From: Limnothrix sp. BL-A-16
Lineage (GTDB): Bacteria > Cyanobacteriota > Cyanobacteriia > CACIAM-69d
NCBI GenBank assembly: GCA_041937175.2
Contig: CP166615.1
Span: 3,904,001 to 3,968,000, forward strand
Length of the DNA stretch: 64,000 nucleotides
Reading direction: 5' to 3'
Positions 46,047-58,356 of the stretch are shown in pieces. Under the pieces are notes generated by a model. The model was not told the origin of the DNA, did no database searches, and worked only from the letters and a program-made list of their open reading frames with translations. Numbering within the stretch: the first letter of the stretch is position 1; each line of letters starts with the position of its first letter. The position numbers were made by a program, and so were the translations under genes.

Positions 46047-48145
46047 AAGTTGTCATCCTCGGTGGTGGTATTGCCGGAATGAGCGCCGCCCATGAGTTAG
46101 TTGAGCGGGGTTTTGCCGTTGAAGTGTATGAACTCAAAAGCATTGCGGGCGGCAAGGCGCGCAGCATCAAAGTGCCAGACAGCGCTGCCCCAGGCAAACA
46201 GCCCCTGCCGGGTGAGCATGGGTTTCGCTTCTTTCCCAGCTTTTATCGGCATGTGACCGACACCATGAAGCGCATTCCTTACCAGCCTCCTCAGGGTGGA
46301 AAATTGCGCAGGGTTTTTGACAATTTGGTGGACACCACTCGGTTAGCATTGGCGCAATATGAGGATCACAAAAACCTCATTATCCTGCCCGATCGCTTTC
46401 CCCAAAGCCTAGGAGACCTGATCCTCATTTTTCGGGCTTTGCTGCAAGGGGCTACCGCTGACCTCTTGCCCGGTGAATTGGAGTTCTTTGCAGAACGCGT
46501 TTTCCAACTCCTAACCTCCTGTCCAGAACGCCGCCTGGGAGAATATGAAAAAATTGGCTGGTGGGATTATTTGGATGCCCAAAACAAGTCGATCGCCTAT
46601 CAAAATTTACTGGCCCGCGGCCTGACCACCTCGCTCGTGGCTTCCCGGGCTGAATTGGCCAGTACCAAGACCATGGGCGATATCTTCTTGCAGCTTTTGT
46701 TGGGCATTGTAGATCCCAGCAACAGCAGCGCCGATCGCGTCTTGAATGGCCCGACCAATGATGTTTGGATTGATCCCTGGCTAAAATACCTCAAGGCCCG
46801 GGGTGTGGAATATCATTTTTCCAGCCGCCTGCGTTCCATCCAAACGGAACGGGATGCCCAGGGCAACACCAAAATTTCAGGGGCGATCGTCACTGACTTA
46901 GAAACCAAGGTCGATCGCTTTGTCACGGGTGATGTTTACATTGCTGCCCTGCCCGCAGAAATTATCGCTGGACTGATCTCCGATGACCTGATTCAAGGCG
47001 ATCCCACCTTCGCCAACCTCAAGCGCCTGGCAACCAGCACCGCCTGGATGAACGGTATTCAGTACTATCTCAACCGAGATGTGCCCGTCACCCATGGCCA
47101 CGTGTTGTATGTGGATTCCCCTTGGGCCTTAACGTCCATTTCCCAAACCAAGTTTTGGCCAGAATTTCCCGTTGAACAATTTGGCGATGGGCAAGTCCGA
47201 GGCATCATCTCCGCCATCCCCTCCAACTGGGGTTACTTCATCAACCCAAACACCGATGAAGTGGGCGCAATCAACGGTACGTTGGGGCTGAAAATTCCCA
47301 AACCAGCCCAAATTTGCAACCCCGAGGAGATTAAGGAAGAAGTGTGGGAGCAAATGAAGCGCTCCTTGAAGGAAAAGGGGAAACCGCTCCTGAAAGATGA
47401 GGATCTTCATAGCTGGTTTTTGGATCCCGATATTGTTCACAACTGCTGTGACTTAGCAACCGATCCTGAAAAACTCGATGAAGTCTTGAATGGTGCATTA
47501 CCTGACTTCTTCAAGGATCTATTTTTGTGGATTCATCACCAGAACCGCGAAGTTACCTTGGAGGAGATTGCTGAGTATCTCAATGTGGATCAAAGCCAAG
47601 CCCGGTTGGCGGTGAATGCGCTAGTGGCGAAGGGATTTGTGGGGCCGATTCCACTGCCAGTGCCTAACGAGAAACTGCACCTGGAGTCCTCACAGCTATC
47701 CCAGCGTTTTCATGAACGATTGGGACGAGAAAGACTGCTCTACAAGAGCCGCATTGGTGACCCTAACGCCAATGTTAACGGTGAACCCTTGCTGGTCAAT
47801 CTGGTGAATACTTGGGTGCTGCGTCCGGAAGCCCATACCAAGATTCCCAACTTTTTCTTGGCCTCAGACTATGTGCGCACCAACACGGACTTGGCAACCA
47901 TGGAAGGAGCCAATGAAGCAGCTCGCCGGGCAGTGAACGCCATCATTGATGCTTATCAAGTCAAGGCTCCCTATTGCAAAATTTGGGAATTAAGGGAGCC
48001 AATTGTGTTTGCAGTTCGTCGTTGGTCAGACTATTTGCGCTACAAGCGGGGACTGCCCTGGAACGGAAAGGTTTCACCTTGGTATTTGCGGCTATTTTTT
48101 CCCTTTATTGCCCTATGGCAATTAATAAACCGTTGGTTTAGCTAG
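46040..48145 (+). CDS. FAD-dependent oxidoreductase (amine oxidase / carotene desaturase-like) with an inserted wHTH
   Basis: GGGIAG Rossmann motif, GGKARS, EHGFRFFP, FFLASDYV...ATMEGANEAARRAVN. Confidence 0.88.
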   Translation: MVKVVILGGGIAGMSAAHELVERGFAVEVYELKSIAGGKARSIKVPDSAAPGKQPLPGEHGFRFFPSFYRHVTDTMKRIPYQPPQGGKLRRVFDNLVDTTRLALAQYEDHKNLIILPDRFPQSLGDLILIFRALLQGATADLLPGELEFFAERVFQLLTSCPERRLGEYEKIGWWDYLDAQNKSIAYQNLLARGLTTSLVASRAELASTKTMGDIFLQLLLGIVDPSNSSADRVLNGPTNDVWIDPWLKYLKARGVEYHFSSRLRSIQTERDAQGNTKISGAIVTDLETKVDRFVTGDVYIAALPAEIIAGLISDDLIQGDPTFANLKRLATSTAWMNGIQYYLNRDVPVTHGHVLYVDSPWALTSISQTKFWPEFPVEQFGDGQVRGIISAIPSNWGYFINPNTDEVGAINGTLGLKIPKPAQICNPEEIKEEVWEQMKRSLKEKGKPLLKDEDLHSWFLDPDIVHNCCDLATDPEKLDEVLNGALPDFFKDLFLWIHHQNREVTLEEIAEYLNVDQSQARLAVNALVAKGFVGPIPLPVPNEKLHLESSQLSQRFHERLGRERLLYKSRIGDPNANVNGEPLLVNLVNTWVLRPEAHTKIPNFFLASDYVRTNTDLATMEGANEAARRAVNAIIDAYQVKAPYCKIWELREPIVFAVRRWSDYLRYKRGLPWNGKVSPWYLRLFFPFIALWQLINRWFS

Positions 48146-48504
48146 CGTTTGCCTTCGAGGGAAGAGTCATCGATCACGATTTGATGTTAATATCACTTTA
48201 CTAATGTCTAATCGTGACCGATGTCATAACATCTAGTTTGAACATTGATGACCAATCTAAATTCGACATGGCCAATCGCTTCAGTGGGCAAGTCTTTAGT
48301 TGGTAAGCCGAAATTAATTGATTTTGAGCATGAGAGCGAAAATTTAGTAAAAACATGACAATTTAGCAAAGTCAAGCAATAATTACAAATTCATGTGAAT
48401 CTAGATTCAGGGTTGACTTACAGCCTTCAAGATTGATTATATTTCGATTTTGCCCCTGCTCTGATTCTGGTTTTGTTTGTAAATTGCGCTGCCACTAAAT
48501 TGCT

Positions 48505-51500
48505 ATGGACATGTTCGCTCAGTATCAAATTTCAGAGGTTCTTTCAACAACCGAACGGACGATTGTCTATCGGGCAGTGAAACAACCAGAGCAAAAGCCG
48601 GTCATCTTAAAAACGGTGGCCTCTGATTATCCTAATCGGGCTGATTTGGCTAAGCTTCAACATGAGTATGAAGTGCTCAGAAATTTAAATCTAGAAGGGG
48701 TTGTGGAAGCCTATGGACTTGATGAAATTCAGGGAAAACCCTTTTTAGTTCTTGAAGACTTTGGAGGGTGTGACTTGATCTCTTGCCTCCAAAATCAATC
48801 GCTTTCACTGGGTGATATTCTATGGATTGGTTGTCAGTTGGCGGCAATTTTAGGACGGTTGCATAACTGCCAAATTATTCACAAGGATATTAAGCCACAT
48901 AATCTAATCTTTGAACCTAAGGTTCGGCAATTAAAGCTAACAGACTTTTCGATCGCCTCTCGCCTTTCCAAGGAACATCCGATCCTCAGTAGTCCCAATC
49001 TTTTGGAGGGGACGTTGCTCTATGTGTCGCCAGAGCAAACGGGACGCATGAACCGCACGGTGGACTATCGAACCGATTTTTATTCTTTGGGTGTCACGCT
49101 CTATGAGTTATTAACGGGTCAGCTTCCTTTCCAATCCAGCGATCCCATGGAATTGGTACATTGCCATATTGCAAAGTCACCCATTCCGCCTCATTACCTC
49201 AATGTCCAAATTCCGCCTCAAGTGTCGGCAGTGATTTTGAAGCTGATGGCCAAAACGGCGGAAGAACGCTACCAAAGCGCCTATGGCATTCAGCGAGATT
49301 TGGAGGAATGCCTGAGCCAGTGGCAACGGTCTGGTTCGATCGCCCCGTTTCCCCTGGCGGAACGTGATCAGTGCGGCACGTTCTGCATTCCCCAGAAGCT
49401 CTACGGGCGGGAAGTGGAAGTGCAACAGCTTTTGGCTGTGTTTGATCGCGTCAGTGCGGGAAATACGGAAATGGTGCTGGTGGCGGGCTATTCCGGCATC
49501 GGTAAATCGGCTTTGGTGAATGAGGTGCATAAGCCGATCGCCCGTCAGCGTGGGTACTTCATTAGCGGCAAGTTTGACCAATTTCAGCGCAATGTTCCCT
49601 ATGCTTCTCCGATTCAAGCATTCCGCGAATTAGCGCGACAGTTGCTGACCGAAACGGAGGAACAAATTTCGGTTTGGCGCGCAAAATTGACCGCAGCTTT
49701 GGGCAGCAATGGATCAATCATTACCGACGTGATTCCCGAATTGGAATCGATTATTGGTCGCCAAGCGCCAGCGCCAGAGTTACCACCCTCCGAAGCCCAA
49801 AATCGCTTCAATTTGGTCTTTCGCACCTTCATCCATGTGTTTTGTCAGGTCGATCGACCGCTGGTCATTTTTCTAGATGATTTGCAATGGGCCGATGCGG
49901 CTTCCTTGCAGCTGATTGAACAGTTAATGACCGATCCCGATGGGCAATATTTGCTGATGTTGGGGGCCTATCGGGACAATGAAGTGGATTCCATGCATCC
50001 CCTGCTGCGGATGCTAAGTACGATCAATGCGGAGGGAGCCAAACTGCAAACCATTACCCTCAAGCCCTTGACGCTCGATCATGTGTTGACCTTGGTGGGC
50101 GATACCTTGCACCGACCATCGAAAAGCGTGGAACCCATCGCCCAGTTGTTGGTGCAAAAAACCCAGGGAAATCCATTTTTCCTAACGCAGTTGTTTAAAT
50201 ATCTCTATGTTGAAGGAGTGATTTGGTTTGAGTCTGAAACAGGGCAATGGGAATGGAGCTTTCAGCATTTGCCTTCCATTGAAGTCACAGAAAATGTGAT
50301 TAATTTGATGGTTCATGAAATCCAAAAATTGGATATTTCTGTGCAACGGGCTTTGCAACTGGCCGCCTGCATTGGTAACCAATTTGATTTGGACATGTTG
50401 GCAATTGTCCATGAGAAATCTACGGCTGAAACTTCCGCAGATTTGTGGCAAGCCCTTCAGGCAGGGTTGGTTATCCCGCTTAATACGGCTTACAAAATTC
50501 CACAAGTTTTGGAAGATTGTCAAACCATCACCATCACCTACAAGTTTCTTCACGATCGCGTACAGCAAGCGGCTTACTCGTTAATTCCCGATGATGAAAA
50601 GCAACTTATCCATCTAACAGTGGGCCGTTTGTTACTCAACAGCATTGAACCCGATCGGCTGGATGACTACTTGTTTGATGTGGTGAATGCAATGAATGTG
50701 GGTTCCGCCCTCATAACCAATTCTCAGGAACAGCTCCTCTTGGCGCGGCTCAATGATCGAGCGGGCAGTAAAGCGAAGGCTGCGGCGGCCTACAGCTCGG
50801 CCCAAGAATACTTGGAAATGGGTCGTCAATTGTTGCCGGAAAATGCTTGGGAAACGGACTATGAATTAACATTCAGTCTTTATACCGAAAGTGTTGAAGT
50901 TGAATATTTACTGGCTCAATTTGAAAAAGCTCAGACCCTCTCGGAAGTTGCCTTGAAGCAATCACAATCGCTGCTTGATCGCACAAAAATTTATGAATTA
51001 AAAATTCAATTTCTGATCGCTGAAAACCAAATGCAAAGCGCGATCGAAACAGCTTTGCCTGTCTTGGAGCTGCTGGGCTATCCCTTGGTGGTTGATCCGC
51101 AATTGTTGCAACTGAATCAGCCGCTGCCAGAGCTAGATCAGTTGGCCAACTGCCCAGAGATGAGCGATCGCGCTGCTCTGGCGGCCCTCAAAATTCTGAT
51201 TATTATTACGGGCCCCTCTTACCAAGCAAGACCCGATTTGCTGCCCTTCATCGTCTTTCGGATGGTGAACATGTGCCTAGAGCTGGGCCATTCCGCCCTC
51301 GCCGCCTACGCCTATGGCATGTATGGATTGTTATTGTGTGGCCCCTTAGATCAAATTGAATTGGGTTATCGATCGGGACAAATTTCCCTGCGAATTTTGG
51401 AGCAATACCCTTCGGATGCTCTGAAATGCAAAATCCACATGCTCTTCAATTCCTTTGTGGTTCATTGGAAAGAGCCGCATCAAAACACGATTCAATTCCT

Positions 51501-53907
51501 TGAGCGCACAGTGCAAATGGGAATGGAAACGGGCGATGTGGTTTATGCCACTTACTGTGCCATGTGGTCTTGTGGCTACATGATGCTGGTGGGAATGCCC
51601 CTGACGGAAGTCGCCCGAGAGCAACAGCTTTATATCGAATTGCTCCAGAAGATTAAACAAGATCATGGTCTATATCCAGCCATGACCTGGCGACAACTAA
51701 CGGAAGCTTTGGAATCACTGGAAGCTCCCACTTCCCAACTGGAAGGTCGCTATATCAACCGCCAATTGGTTTCAGAGATTCAAGCCTCTGAAAACCAAAT
51801 GTTGCTCTTTTTCATCTACTTTGCTGAAACTATTCTGGCTTACGTGATGAATGACTGGGAAGCGGCTAAAACCAAGGTGGATTTGGCTGCTCAATACCAA
51901 GCAGCAGCTCAGGCTTCCATGCTGTCTGGTGGCTTTACTTTCTATGCCGCATTGGTTTATCTAAAAACTGCTCAATTTAGCGATTCAGCTATTTCAAATG
52001 TGAATGTAAATGCTGATGAAAAAGATCAACGTTCAACCTTAGAATGTTTGATTGCTAAGCTGAAAAATTGGTCAAATCACGCACCAGAAAACTATCAAAG
52101 TAAATATGAATTGGTGATGGCGGAAACGGCCCGTTGGCAAGGGGAAATCCTCTGCGCCATGGACTATTACGATCGCGCCATGAACACAGCCCAAACCCAT
52201 GGTCTTTGGGCTGAAGTTGCGATCGCCGCCGAGCGCGCCGCCGAGCTATATCAGGATTCCGGGCGTGGCAAAATTGCGAAACAATATTGGTTGGATGCGA
52301 TTCATGCTTACGATCGCTGGGGAGCCAAAGCCAAGGTCGCCGCGCTCCAGACCAAAGTTTTGCCCCTGCAAAATCTATCTCCTCGGCGATCGCCCACCTT
52401 GCCGCCCAAGGGCACCCAGCACTCTACTCATCCCCACACAACCGCCAGTACGGTACTGGACATTAACACCGTAATTAAAGCGGCCCAAGCCCTTTCTCGG
52501 GAAATTGTGTTGTCACAATTGCTAACGCAATTAACGCGGTTAACCCTGGAAAATGCAGGAGCCCAAACCGGCTATTTGCTACTCAAGGATCCTCAAAAAA
52601 ATAATCAGTTAATGGTGGTAGCGACCAGCCATGTGGAAGGGCAAACGGCCGTAGATGTTCCCCTGAACTGCCCCTTATCTCCGAGTTTATCTTTGCCGGT
52701 TTCCCTAATTCAATACGTGCAACGAACTCAAGAATCAGTGGTTTTGGGAAATGCCATGGCCGAAGGACTATTTACCAATGATCCTTACATTGCAAACCAT
52801 CAAATTCAATCGGTGATTTGTATGCCCATTACTCAACAAGGACAGTTAATGGGCGTTCTCTATTTGGAGAATAATTTGGCGATCGATGCTTTCACGCCCG
52901 ATCGCCTGGAAGTGTTGCAAATTCTGATGGCGCAGGCGGCTATTTCCATTGAAAATGCGCGTCTCTACCGAAACTTGGAAGACTACAGCAACAATCTGGA
53001 AAAGAAAGTAGCTGCTCGCACTCAGGAGCTAACCGAAAGAAATCAGCAATTGAAGATTACACTCCAAGAACTGCAACAAACCCAAGCGCAATTGATTCAA
53101 GCGGAAAAAATGTCGAGCTTGGGGCAAATGGTGGCGGGTATTGCTCACGAAATTAATAATCCAATTAGTTTCATCATGGGAAATATTACCCATGCCCGGT
53201 CATATTTTTTAGACTTGCTGGATTTGTTGGCACTCCATGAGCAGCATTCCTCTGCAATTCATCCAATTGTTCAGGCAAAAATGCAAGAAATGGAGCTGGA
53301 TTTCTTGAAGGAAGATTTGAACAGTCTGTTTCACTCCATGCAAAATGGAGTCGATCGGGTTCGGCAAATTGTCCTAGGACTGCGAAATTTCTCGCGCTTG
53401 GATGAATCGGATCAAAAACAAGTAGACCTGCACGAAGGAATTGACAACACGCTGCTGATTTTGCAACACCGATTACAGGTACAAAGCCAACAGCCAAAAA
53501 TTAGCGTGTTAAAAAACTATGGTGAAATTCCGTTGGTGAATTGCTACGCCAGTATGGTGAATCAGGTCTTTTTGAATATTTTGACTAATGCGATCGATGC
53601 CTTGCGATCGCCCGCCGGTTTTGCCTTGCAGCCAATGCCCGAAATTTCCATTGAAACTCGCAAAATTAGCGATCGCACTGTGCAAATTTCCATTACCGAT
53701 AATGGCCCAGGTATGGAAGACACTGTGCGACAAAAAATCTTTGATCCCTTCTTCACCACAAAACCCGTGGGCGAAGGCAAAGGATTGGGGTTGTCGGTTA
53801 GCTATCAGATCATTACCCAACAACATCAGGGACAGTTATCTTGTCAGTCTGCACCCCAACAGGGAACCACATTAATGATTGAGTTACCCATTGCTGGCCC
53901 ATCCTAA
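48505..53907 (+). CDS. Ser/Thr kinase / AAA ATPase / GAF / histidine kinase multidomain sensor
   Basis: [37 protein letters not shown] (LYLENN), AHEINNP and [16 protein letters not shown]. Confidence 0.95.
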   Translation: MDMFAQYQISEVLSTTERTIVYRAVKQPEQKPVILKTVASDYPNRADLAKLQHEYEVLRNLNLEGVVEAYGLDEIQGKPFLVLEDFGGCDLISCLQNQSLSLGDILWIGCQLAAILGRLHNCQIIHKDIKPHNLIFEPKVRQLKLTDFSIASRLSKEHPILSSPNLLEGTLLYVSPEQTGRMNRTVDYRTDFYSLGVTLYELLTGQLPFQSSDPMELVHCHIAKSPIPPHYLNVQIPPQVSAVILKLMAKTAEERYQSAYGIQRDLEECLSQWQRSGSIAPFPLAERDQCGTFCIPQKLYGREVEVQQLLAVFDRVSAGNTEMVLVAGYSGIGKSALVNEVHKPIARQRGYFISGKFDQFQRNVPYASPIQAFRELARQLLTETEEQISVWRAKLTAALGSNGSIITDVIPELESIIGRQAPAPELPPSEAQNRFNLVFRTFIHVFCQVDRPLVIFLDDLQWADAASLQLIEQLMTDPDGQYLLMLGAYRDNEVDSMHPLLRMLSTINAEGAKLQTITLKPLTLDHVLTLVGDTLHRPSKSVEPIAQLLVQKTQGNPFFLTQLFKYLYVEGVIWFESETGQWEWSFQHLPSIEVTENVINLMVHEIQKLDISVQRALQLAACIGNQFDLDMLAIVHEKSTAETSADLWQALQAGLVIPLNTAYKIPQVLEDCQTITITYKFLHDRVQQAAYSLIPDDEKQLIHLTVGRLLLNSIEPDRLDDYLFDVVNAMNVGSALITNSQEQLLLARLNDRAGSKAKAAAAYSSAQEYLEMGRQLLPENAWETDYELTFSLYTESVEVEYLLAQFEKAQTLSEVALKQSQSLLDRTKIYELKIQFLIAENQMQSAIETALPVLELLGYPLVVDPQLLQLNQPLPELDQLANCPEMSDRAALAALKILIIITGPSYQARPDLLPFIVFRMVNMCLELGHSALAAYAYGMYGLLLCGPLDQIELGYRSGQISLRILEQYPSDALKCKIHMLFNSFVVHWKEPHQNTIQFLERTVQMGMETGDVVYATYCAMWSCGYMMLVGMPLTEVAREQQLYIELLQKIKQDHGLYPAMTWRQLTEALESLEAPTSQLEGRYINRQLVSEIQASENQMLLFFIYFAETILAYVMNDWEAAKTKVDLAAQYQAAAQASMLSGGFTFYAALVYLKTAQFSDSAISNVNVNADEKDQRSTLECLIAKLKNWSNHAPENYQSKYELVMAETARWQGEILCAMDYYDRAMNTAQTHGLWAEVAIAAERAAELYQDSGRGKIAKQYWLDAIHAYDRWGAKAKVAALQTKVLPLQNLSPRRSPTLPPKGTQHSTHPHTTASTVLDINTVIKAAQALSREIVLSQLLTQLTRLTLENAGAQTGYLLLKDPQKNNQLMVVATSHVEGQTAVDVPLNCPLSPSLSLPVSLIQYVQRTQESVVLGNAMAEGLFTNDPYIANHQIQSVICMPITQQGQLMGVLYLENNLAIDAFTPDRLEVLQILMAQAAISIENARLYRNLEDYSNNLEKKVAARTQELTERNQQLKITLQELQQTQAQLIQAEKMSSLGQMVAGIAHEINNPISFIMGNITHARSYFLDLLDLLALHEQHSSAIHPIVQAKMQEMELDFLKEDLNSLFHSMQNGVDRVRQIVLGLRNFSRLDESDQKQVDLHEGIDNTLLILQHRLQVQSQQPKISVLKNYGEIPLVNCYASMVNQVFLNILTNAIDALRSPAGFALQPMPEISIETRKISDRTVQISITDNGPGMEDTVRQKIFDPFFTTKPVGEGKGLGLSVSYQIITQQHQGQLSCQSAPQQGTTLMIELPIAGPS

Positions 53908-54010
53908 GGGGCTAATGATCCTGGCAAAGTTTCATCAAATTTGCCAGAATTTTTAAATTGAACCCGTGGGCTACAAGCTCATCTTACGATTTCATGGGTG
54001 ACCCATTACT

Positions 54011-54631
54011 ATGACTAGTCAATTACGAATTGGGGTGGCTGGACCAGTCGGTTCTGGAAAAACAGCATTGGTTGATGCCCTTTGCAAAAAATTGCGCGAT
54101 CAATATAGTTTAGCGGTGGTGACCAACGATATTTACACCCAAGAGGATGCACAGTTTTTAGTTCGGAGCGCCGCCCTTTCACCCGATCGAATTGTGGGTG
54201 TGGAAACGGGCGGTTGCCCCCACACGGCTATCCGAGAAGATGCCTCCATTAATCTAGTGGCGATCGAGCAATTAGAGGCTAAATTTGTGCAGGGCGATCG
54301 TCCTATTCAAATCACCTTTGTTGAAAGCGGGGGAGATAACTTGGCCGCCACTTTTAGCCCAGAGTTAGTTGATTTAACGATTTACGTGATTGATGTGGCA
54401 GCCGGTGACAAAATTCCCCGAAAAGGGGGGCCGGGCATCACGAAATCTGATCTCTTGGTGATTAATAAAATCGATTTAGCTCCCCATGTGGGTGCTGACT
54501 TAGCCATCATGGAACGGGATGCCCAAAAAATGCGGGGCGATCGTCCTTTTCTTTTCAGCAATCTGAAAACGGGCCATGGGTTGCCCGAAATTATTGGCTT
54601 TATTGAACAGCAGTTGCCCCCGGTTTCCTAG
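54011..54631 (+). CDS. ureG: urease accessory GTPase UreG
   Basis: [30 protein letters not shown] and NKID. Confidence 0.97.
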   Translation: MTSQLRIGVAGPVGSGKTALVDALCKKLRDQYSLAVVTNDIYTQEDAQFLVRSAALSPDRIVGVETGGCPHTAIREDASINLVAIEQLEAKFVQGDRPIQITFVESGGDNLAATFSPELVDLTIYVIDVAAGDKIPRKGGPGITKSDLLVINKIDLAPHVGADLAIMERDAQKMRGDRPFLFSNLKTGHGLPEIIGFIEQQLPPVS

Positions 54632-54709
54632 GGAATACTTGAATAATCAAAGCCGATTAATTGCCTGACTTTAATTCATGATTGATCAATAGGTTAATCC
54701 ATGGGTTAA

Positions 54710-56704
54710 TCATGAATCAATGGGCAAACGAATCAAAAACTCAGTCCCTTGATTGAGTTGAGATTGTACATCGATCGACCCGCCATGTTTGGTCACTACA
54801 ATTTCTCGAGCGATCGATAGGCCAATCCCTGTGCCTTGGTTCACGCCCTTGGTTGTGAAGAGGTGATCAAAAACCCGAGCGATCGTTGCCTCATCCATTC
54901 CTTTAGCATTGTCAGCAATGCTAATCACAATCTGATTAGTTTCTAACTTTGTGGTTACGGTAATTTGATAGGAGTGGGTTGGTAAATTTTCAAGGCTCTG
55001 CTCCATGGCGGACTCGTCGATCGCGTCAATGGCATTGGCCAAAATATTCATAAATACCTGATTCATCTGCCCCGGAAAGCAGTAAATCTCAGGCGAATTC
55101 TCATAATTACGAACCACCCGGATTTCAGCGCGATGGTTAGTCGCCTTTAGGCGATATTTTAAAATTAGAATCGTGCTGTCCAAATTTTCCGTCAGTTGGG
55201 CCCTAACTTTTTGATCGGTGTCCGATCGCGTGAATGCTCGCAAACTTTTACTAATTCCAGTCACACGCCCTGTGGCATTGTGCATGGATTCAAACAACTT
55301 AGGAAAATCTTCCTCTAAAAACTCTAAATCGATATCCTCAGCATGTTCAACAATATCCCTGCCAGGTTCAGGGTATTGCTGCTGGTAAAGTCGGATATGC
55401 TCCAATAGATAATTGGCATATTCTTCAGCATTTTCAATGCTGCCATTCAAGAAGCCGATCGGGTTATTAATTTCATGGGCAACCCCAGCGATTAAATTTC
55501 CCAGTGCAGACATTTTTTCACTTTGCACCATTTGGGCTTGAGTGAACTTCAACTCCTCAAGAGTTTGCTCTAAGGTTCGATTTTGCTGAATTAATGTTTT
55601 GGCCTGATGCTCTAAAACATGATTAGCAACCTTTAAATCTGCGAATGCTCGATCCAGCTTCACCTTGGCAGTGTTTTGCTCAGCCAAAGTTGCCGTCAAA
55701 ATTAACGACGTAAAAACCACCACCACTATAAAGGACTGCAAACCCATCAACGACTGATTCAAGTGAGGGCTGGCAAAACTGCCCAACCCGCGCACCGTGC
55801 CTAAAATAGCCATCAAAGAAATCAAGAAAGCTGTGAGATTAGCGCCCAAATCTCCAAATCGAAAAACAGCCCAAATTAATAAGGGAATTAATATATAGGC
55901 GATGGATTGTCCATTCCAAAAAGCAGAAAGACTGATGAAGAAAACACTTGAAGTCAAAAATAGAAATTCAATTTCTTTGCTCGGAATTGCCTTAATTCCC
56001 AATCGTGATAAAACACCTTTAAAAGAATATGGAGTTACGATCTTACGGTTCAAAATATGAAAAATCAGTTTCGGTAAGTTACGATAACTCAGTTGATTCA
56101 GTTTTAGGTAGCGATATCCACTCAAAATGAGTGGTGTCAAAATAAAGATACCGGCAACGTTGGAAATCCACCAAGTTAACCAAGTGCTGAGAGCATTTTC
56201 AAAAAAATCAATTTTCCCAGCAGCAGCTAACATGCCTACGCCCATTGTTGCGTTGACGATGGGGCCCAGCAATCCTGCGTAAACCAAAAACCGAATGGTG
56301 TCAGAAACTTGGCTAAATGGATATCGACTGCGGGTTGACTGTTTAAATAAATCGGTTCCTAATTGAGTGCCCGCAGTGGTACCTGCGGCAATACCCAGTA
56401 CGGCCACGGTGGATAACAGCAAGGTGATCAGATTACGATCGCCCCAAAAGGCTTGAATATTGGCCCCTAAGGATCCCAAAAAAATGCCGGGAAGCACGCT
56501 TTTGCCACAGAGCAAGACAATGCCAACGGCGAATCCATCCGGCGGCCAAACTGGGGTGACCGAGTTTGGCGTGGAAGCGACGGCCCGGGACAGCTCTGCC
56601 AGGGCATCGTAAACCAAGGCGGTTGCCAAGATTGGCCCGAAGTGAAACCTTTGCAGCCACACCAGGGATTTGCGAACTGTGATGACGTTGGTGATCTGTT
56701 CCAT
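54710..56704 (-). CDS. MASE1 domain sensor histidine kinase
   Basis: VTPVWPP.G, multiple TM segments, WAVFRFG, SEKMSALG..AGVAHEINNP and GTGIGL. Confidence 0.92.
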   Translation of the reverse strand: MEQITNVITVRKSLVWLQRFHFGPILATALVYDALAELSRAVASTPNSVTPVWPPDGFAVGIVLLCGKSVLPGIFLGSLGANIQAFWGDRNLITLLLSTVAVLGIAAGTTAGTQLGTDLFKQSTRSRYPFSQVSDTIRFLVYAGLLGPIVNATMGVGMLAAAGKIDFFENALSTWLTWWISNVAGIFILTPLILSGYRYLKLNQLSYRNLPKLIFHILNRKIVTPYSFKGVLSRLGIKAIPSKEIEFLFLTSSVFFISLSAFWNGQSIAYILIPLLIWAVFRFGDLGANLTAFLISLMAILGTVRGLGSFASPHLNQSLMGLQSFIVVVVFTSLILTATLAEQNTAKVKLDRAFADLKVANHVLEHQAKTLIQQNRTLEQTLEELKFTQAQMVQSEKMSALGNLIAGVAHEINNPIGFLNGSIENAEEYANYLLEHIRLYQQQYPEPGRDIVEHAEDIDLEFLEEDFPKLFESMHNATGRVTGISKSLRAFTRSDTDQKVRAQLTENLDSTILILKYRLKATNHRAEIRVVRNYENSPEIYCFPGQMNQVFMNILANAIDAIDESAMEQSLENLPTHSYQITVTTKLETNQIVISIADNAKGMDEATIARVFDHLFTTKGVNQGTGIGLSIAREIVVTKHGGSIDVQSQLNQGTEFLIRLPIDS

Positions 56705-57374
56705 AGATTTCCAGTGGACGATCGAGCTATTGAGTATTACGTCGATCTATGAAAAAGTCGTGAAAGTATTCAGCAAATTTGTGGAAATGCAGACAAATCA
56801 GGTGTTGTTCCCATTAATTAGCCTAAATACGAGCCTTTTGGTAGTCTAAGCTTCAGACAAATTCCAATCAGTCCATTTTTTAGCAACCGTTGAATAATTG
56901 TTAAAGTTTTTAAAATGTTTACATGAAGTTCAAGCTTTTATTGATCAATTATTTTTTGCTAATTAATAGAATCCCTGAATTTTAATTTCGTATTGTTATT
57001 TGTATGAATGAATCGATTTCTGTGCTTTTTGGTTGTTTTTGGCTGTTGCTTCACGAATTATTTGAATTGCAATTTGATGCTATGTAATAGACAACAGGTG
57101 AGGAGAATTTGACTAGACTGGTGATTTAGATGGCATTAAACGAACAAAATATTAAGCGTGATTTCCTGAATTTGAAAAACTAATAATCTTACGATCTGTT
57201 TAAATTTCTATATAAAAATTAATGTCAATCCATTTGACCTCAACGGAATTTCAGCATGTCACTGCCCGATCGAGCCAGCCAGCCTCTGGAATCGATCGAT
57301 CCAGGCTTGCCCCTGGACGCTTGGACTGAACCCGGCCATAAGGTTCAGGCTCATGGCTTGCTGGGGGCTTGTGG

Positions 57375-58046
57375 CTAAAGGTCTCCCCATTTCCGCAGCA
57401 GGTTGGCGTGGGTTTTGGCAATCAGGTCAAATTCGGGTGTTTTGCCGGTTTTGGCAAATAGTGATTGGCGGGCGGTGTCCAGATCAAAAAGCAGCTCTCG
57501 TTCGGCGGGATCTTTGACGAGACTTTGGATCCAAGTGACGGCCACCAGCCGCACACCCTGCTCGATCGCTTCAACGCGGTGCAGGGTGGAGGAGGGATAG
57601 AGCACCATGGCTCCGGCTGCGAGCTTGAAGGTTTCTTCGCCATTGGTGGTTTCAATCACCAATTCGCCACCGTCGTAGGTTTCGGGCGATCGCAAAAACA
57701 GGGTGAGAGACAAGTCCGATCGAATCTTGGGATCGCTGCCCATGAAGGCGTTGTCCACGTGGCTGCCGTAGGCCATGCCGGTTTCGTAGCGACTGAACAA
57801 AATGGGGCCGATCGCCTTGGGCAGTGCTGCCATCTGAAACAACGGATTGCGCCATAGGGCCTGTTGTACCAACGTTCGCAAGGGGCCAAAGGCGGGGTCT
57901 GTGCTGGCCAGTTGGGTGTTGTGCTTCACGAGCTTGGCGTGCCAGCCAGCGGTGGCCTGGCCGTCAATAAATGTTGCGCCTGCCAGTTGCGCCTCAATGG
58001 TGGCCAGTTCCTCCACGCTCAGCACATTAGCAATAGAAATAATCAT
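57375..58046 (-). CDS. PKHD-type Fe(II)/2OG-dependent dioxygenase (PiuC/YbiX)
   Basis: FIDGQATAG..AK.VKHN, YGSHVDNA, DLSLTLFL, YDGGEL, YPSSTLHRV and NLLRKW. Confidence 0.93.
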   Translation of the reverse strand: MIISIANVLSVEELATIEAQLAGATFIDGQATAGWHAKLVKHNTQLASTDPAFGPLRTLVQQALWRNPLFQMAALPKAIGPILFSRYETGMAYGSHVDNAFMGSDPKIRSDLSLTLFLRSPETYDGGELVIETTNGEETFKLAAGAMVLYPSSTLHRVEAIEQGVRLVAVTWIQSLVKDPAERELLFDLDTARQSLFAKTGKTPEFDLIAKTHANLLRKWGDL

Positions 58047-58216
58047 TAGTCTTTTTAATTGCAGATCGTTTTCTTAGAAAAATTACTACGGTTTGGCATT
58101 AAGCAGCTCAAGTTCCTTGAGTATGGTTGACTGCAAAAACGGTTAAATTCAAGAAATATCAGCATTTTCCCGATCACGACTGCTCTGGCTTGGCTCCAGG
58201 AAGCGGGACAAGCACC

Positions 58217-58243
58217 TGTTATACTCTTGCAAGTAATTCGCAA
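58217..58243 (+). promoter_or_regulatory. extended -10 element (TGTTATACT) with adjacent Fur-like imperfect palindrome
   Basis: TTGCAAGTAATTCGCAA at 58227-58243, between divergent iron-related genes. Confidence 0.5.
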
Positions 58244-58356
58244 TTTTTGACCTCCGCTCCAATTTCTGGAGGGGCCAATCGGTGCGCCTCAGCAACCTCC
58301 GCCATGCAACCGTTGCCACTGGCCATCGGATCTTTAGCCATCAGACTTCAGCAGCC

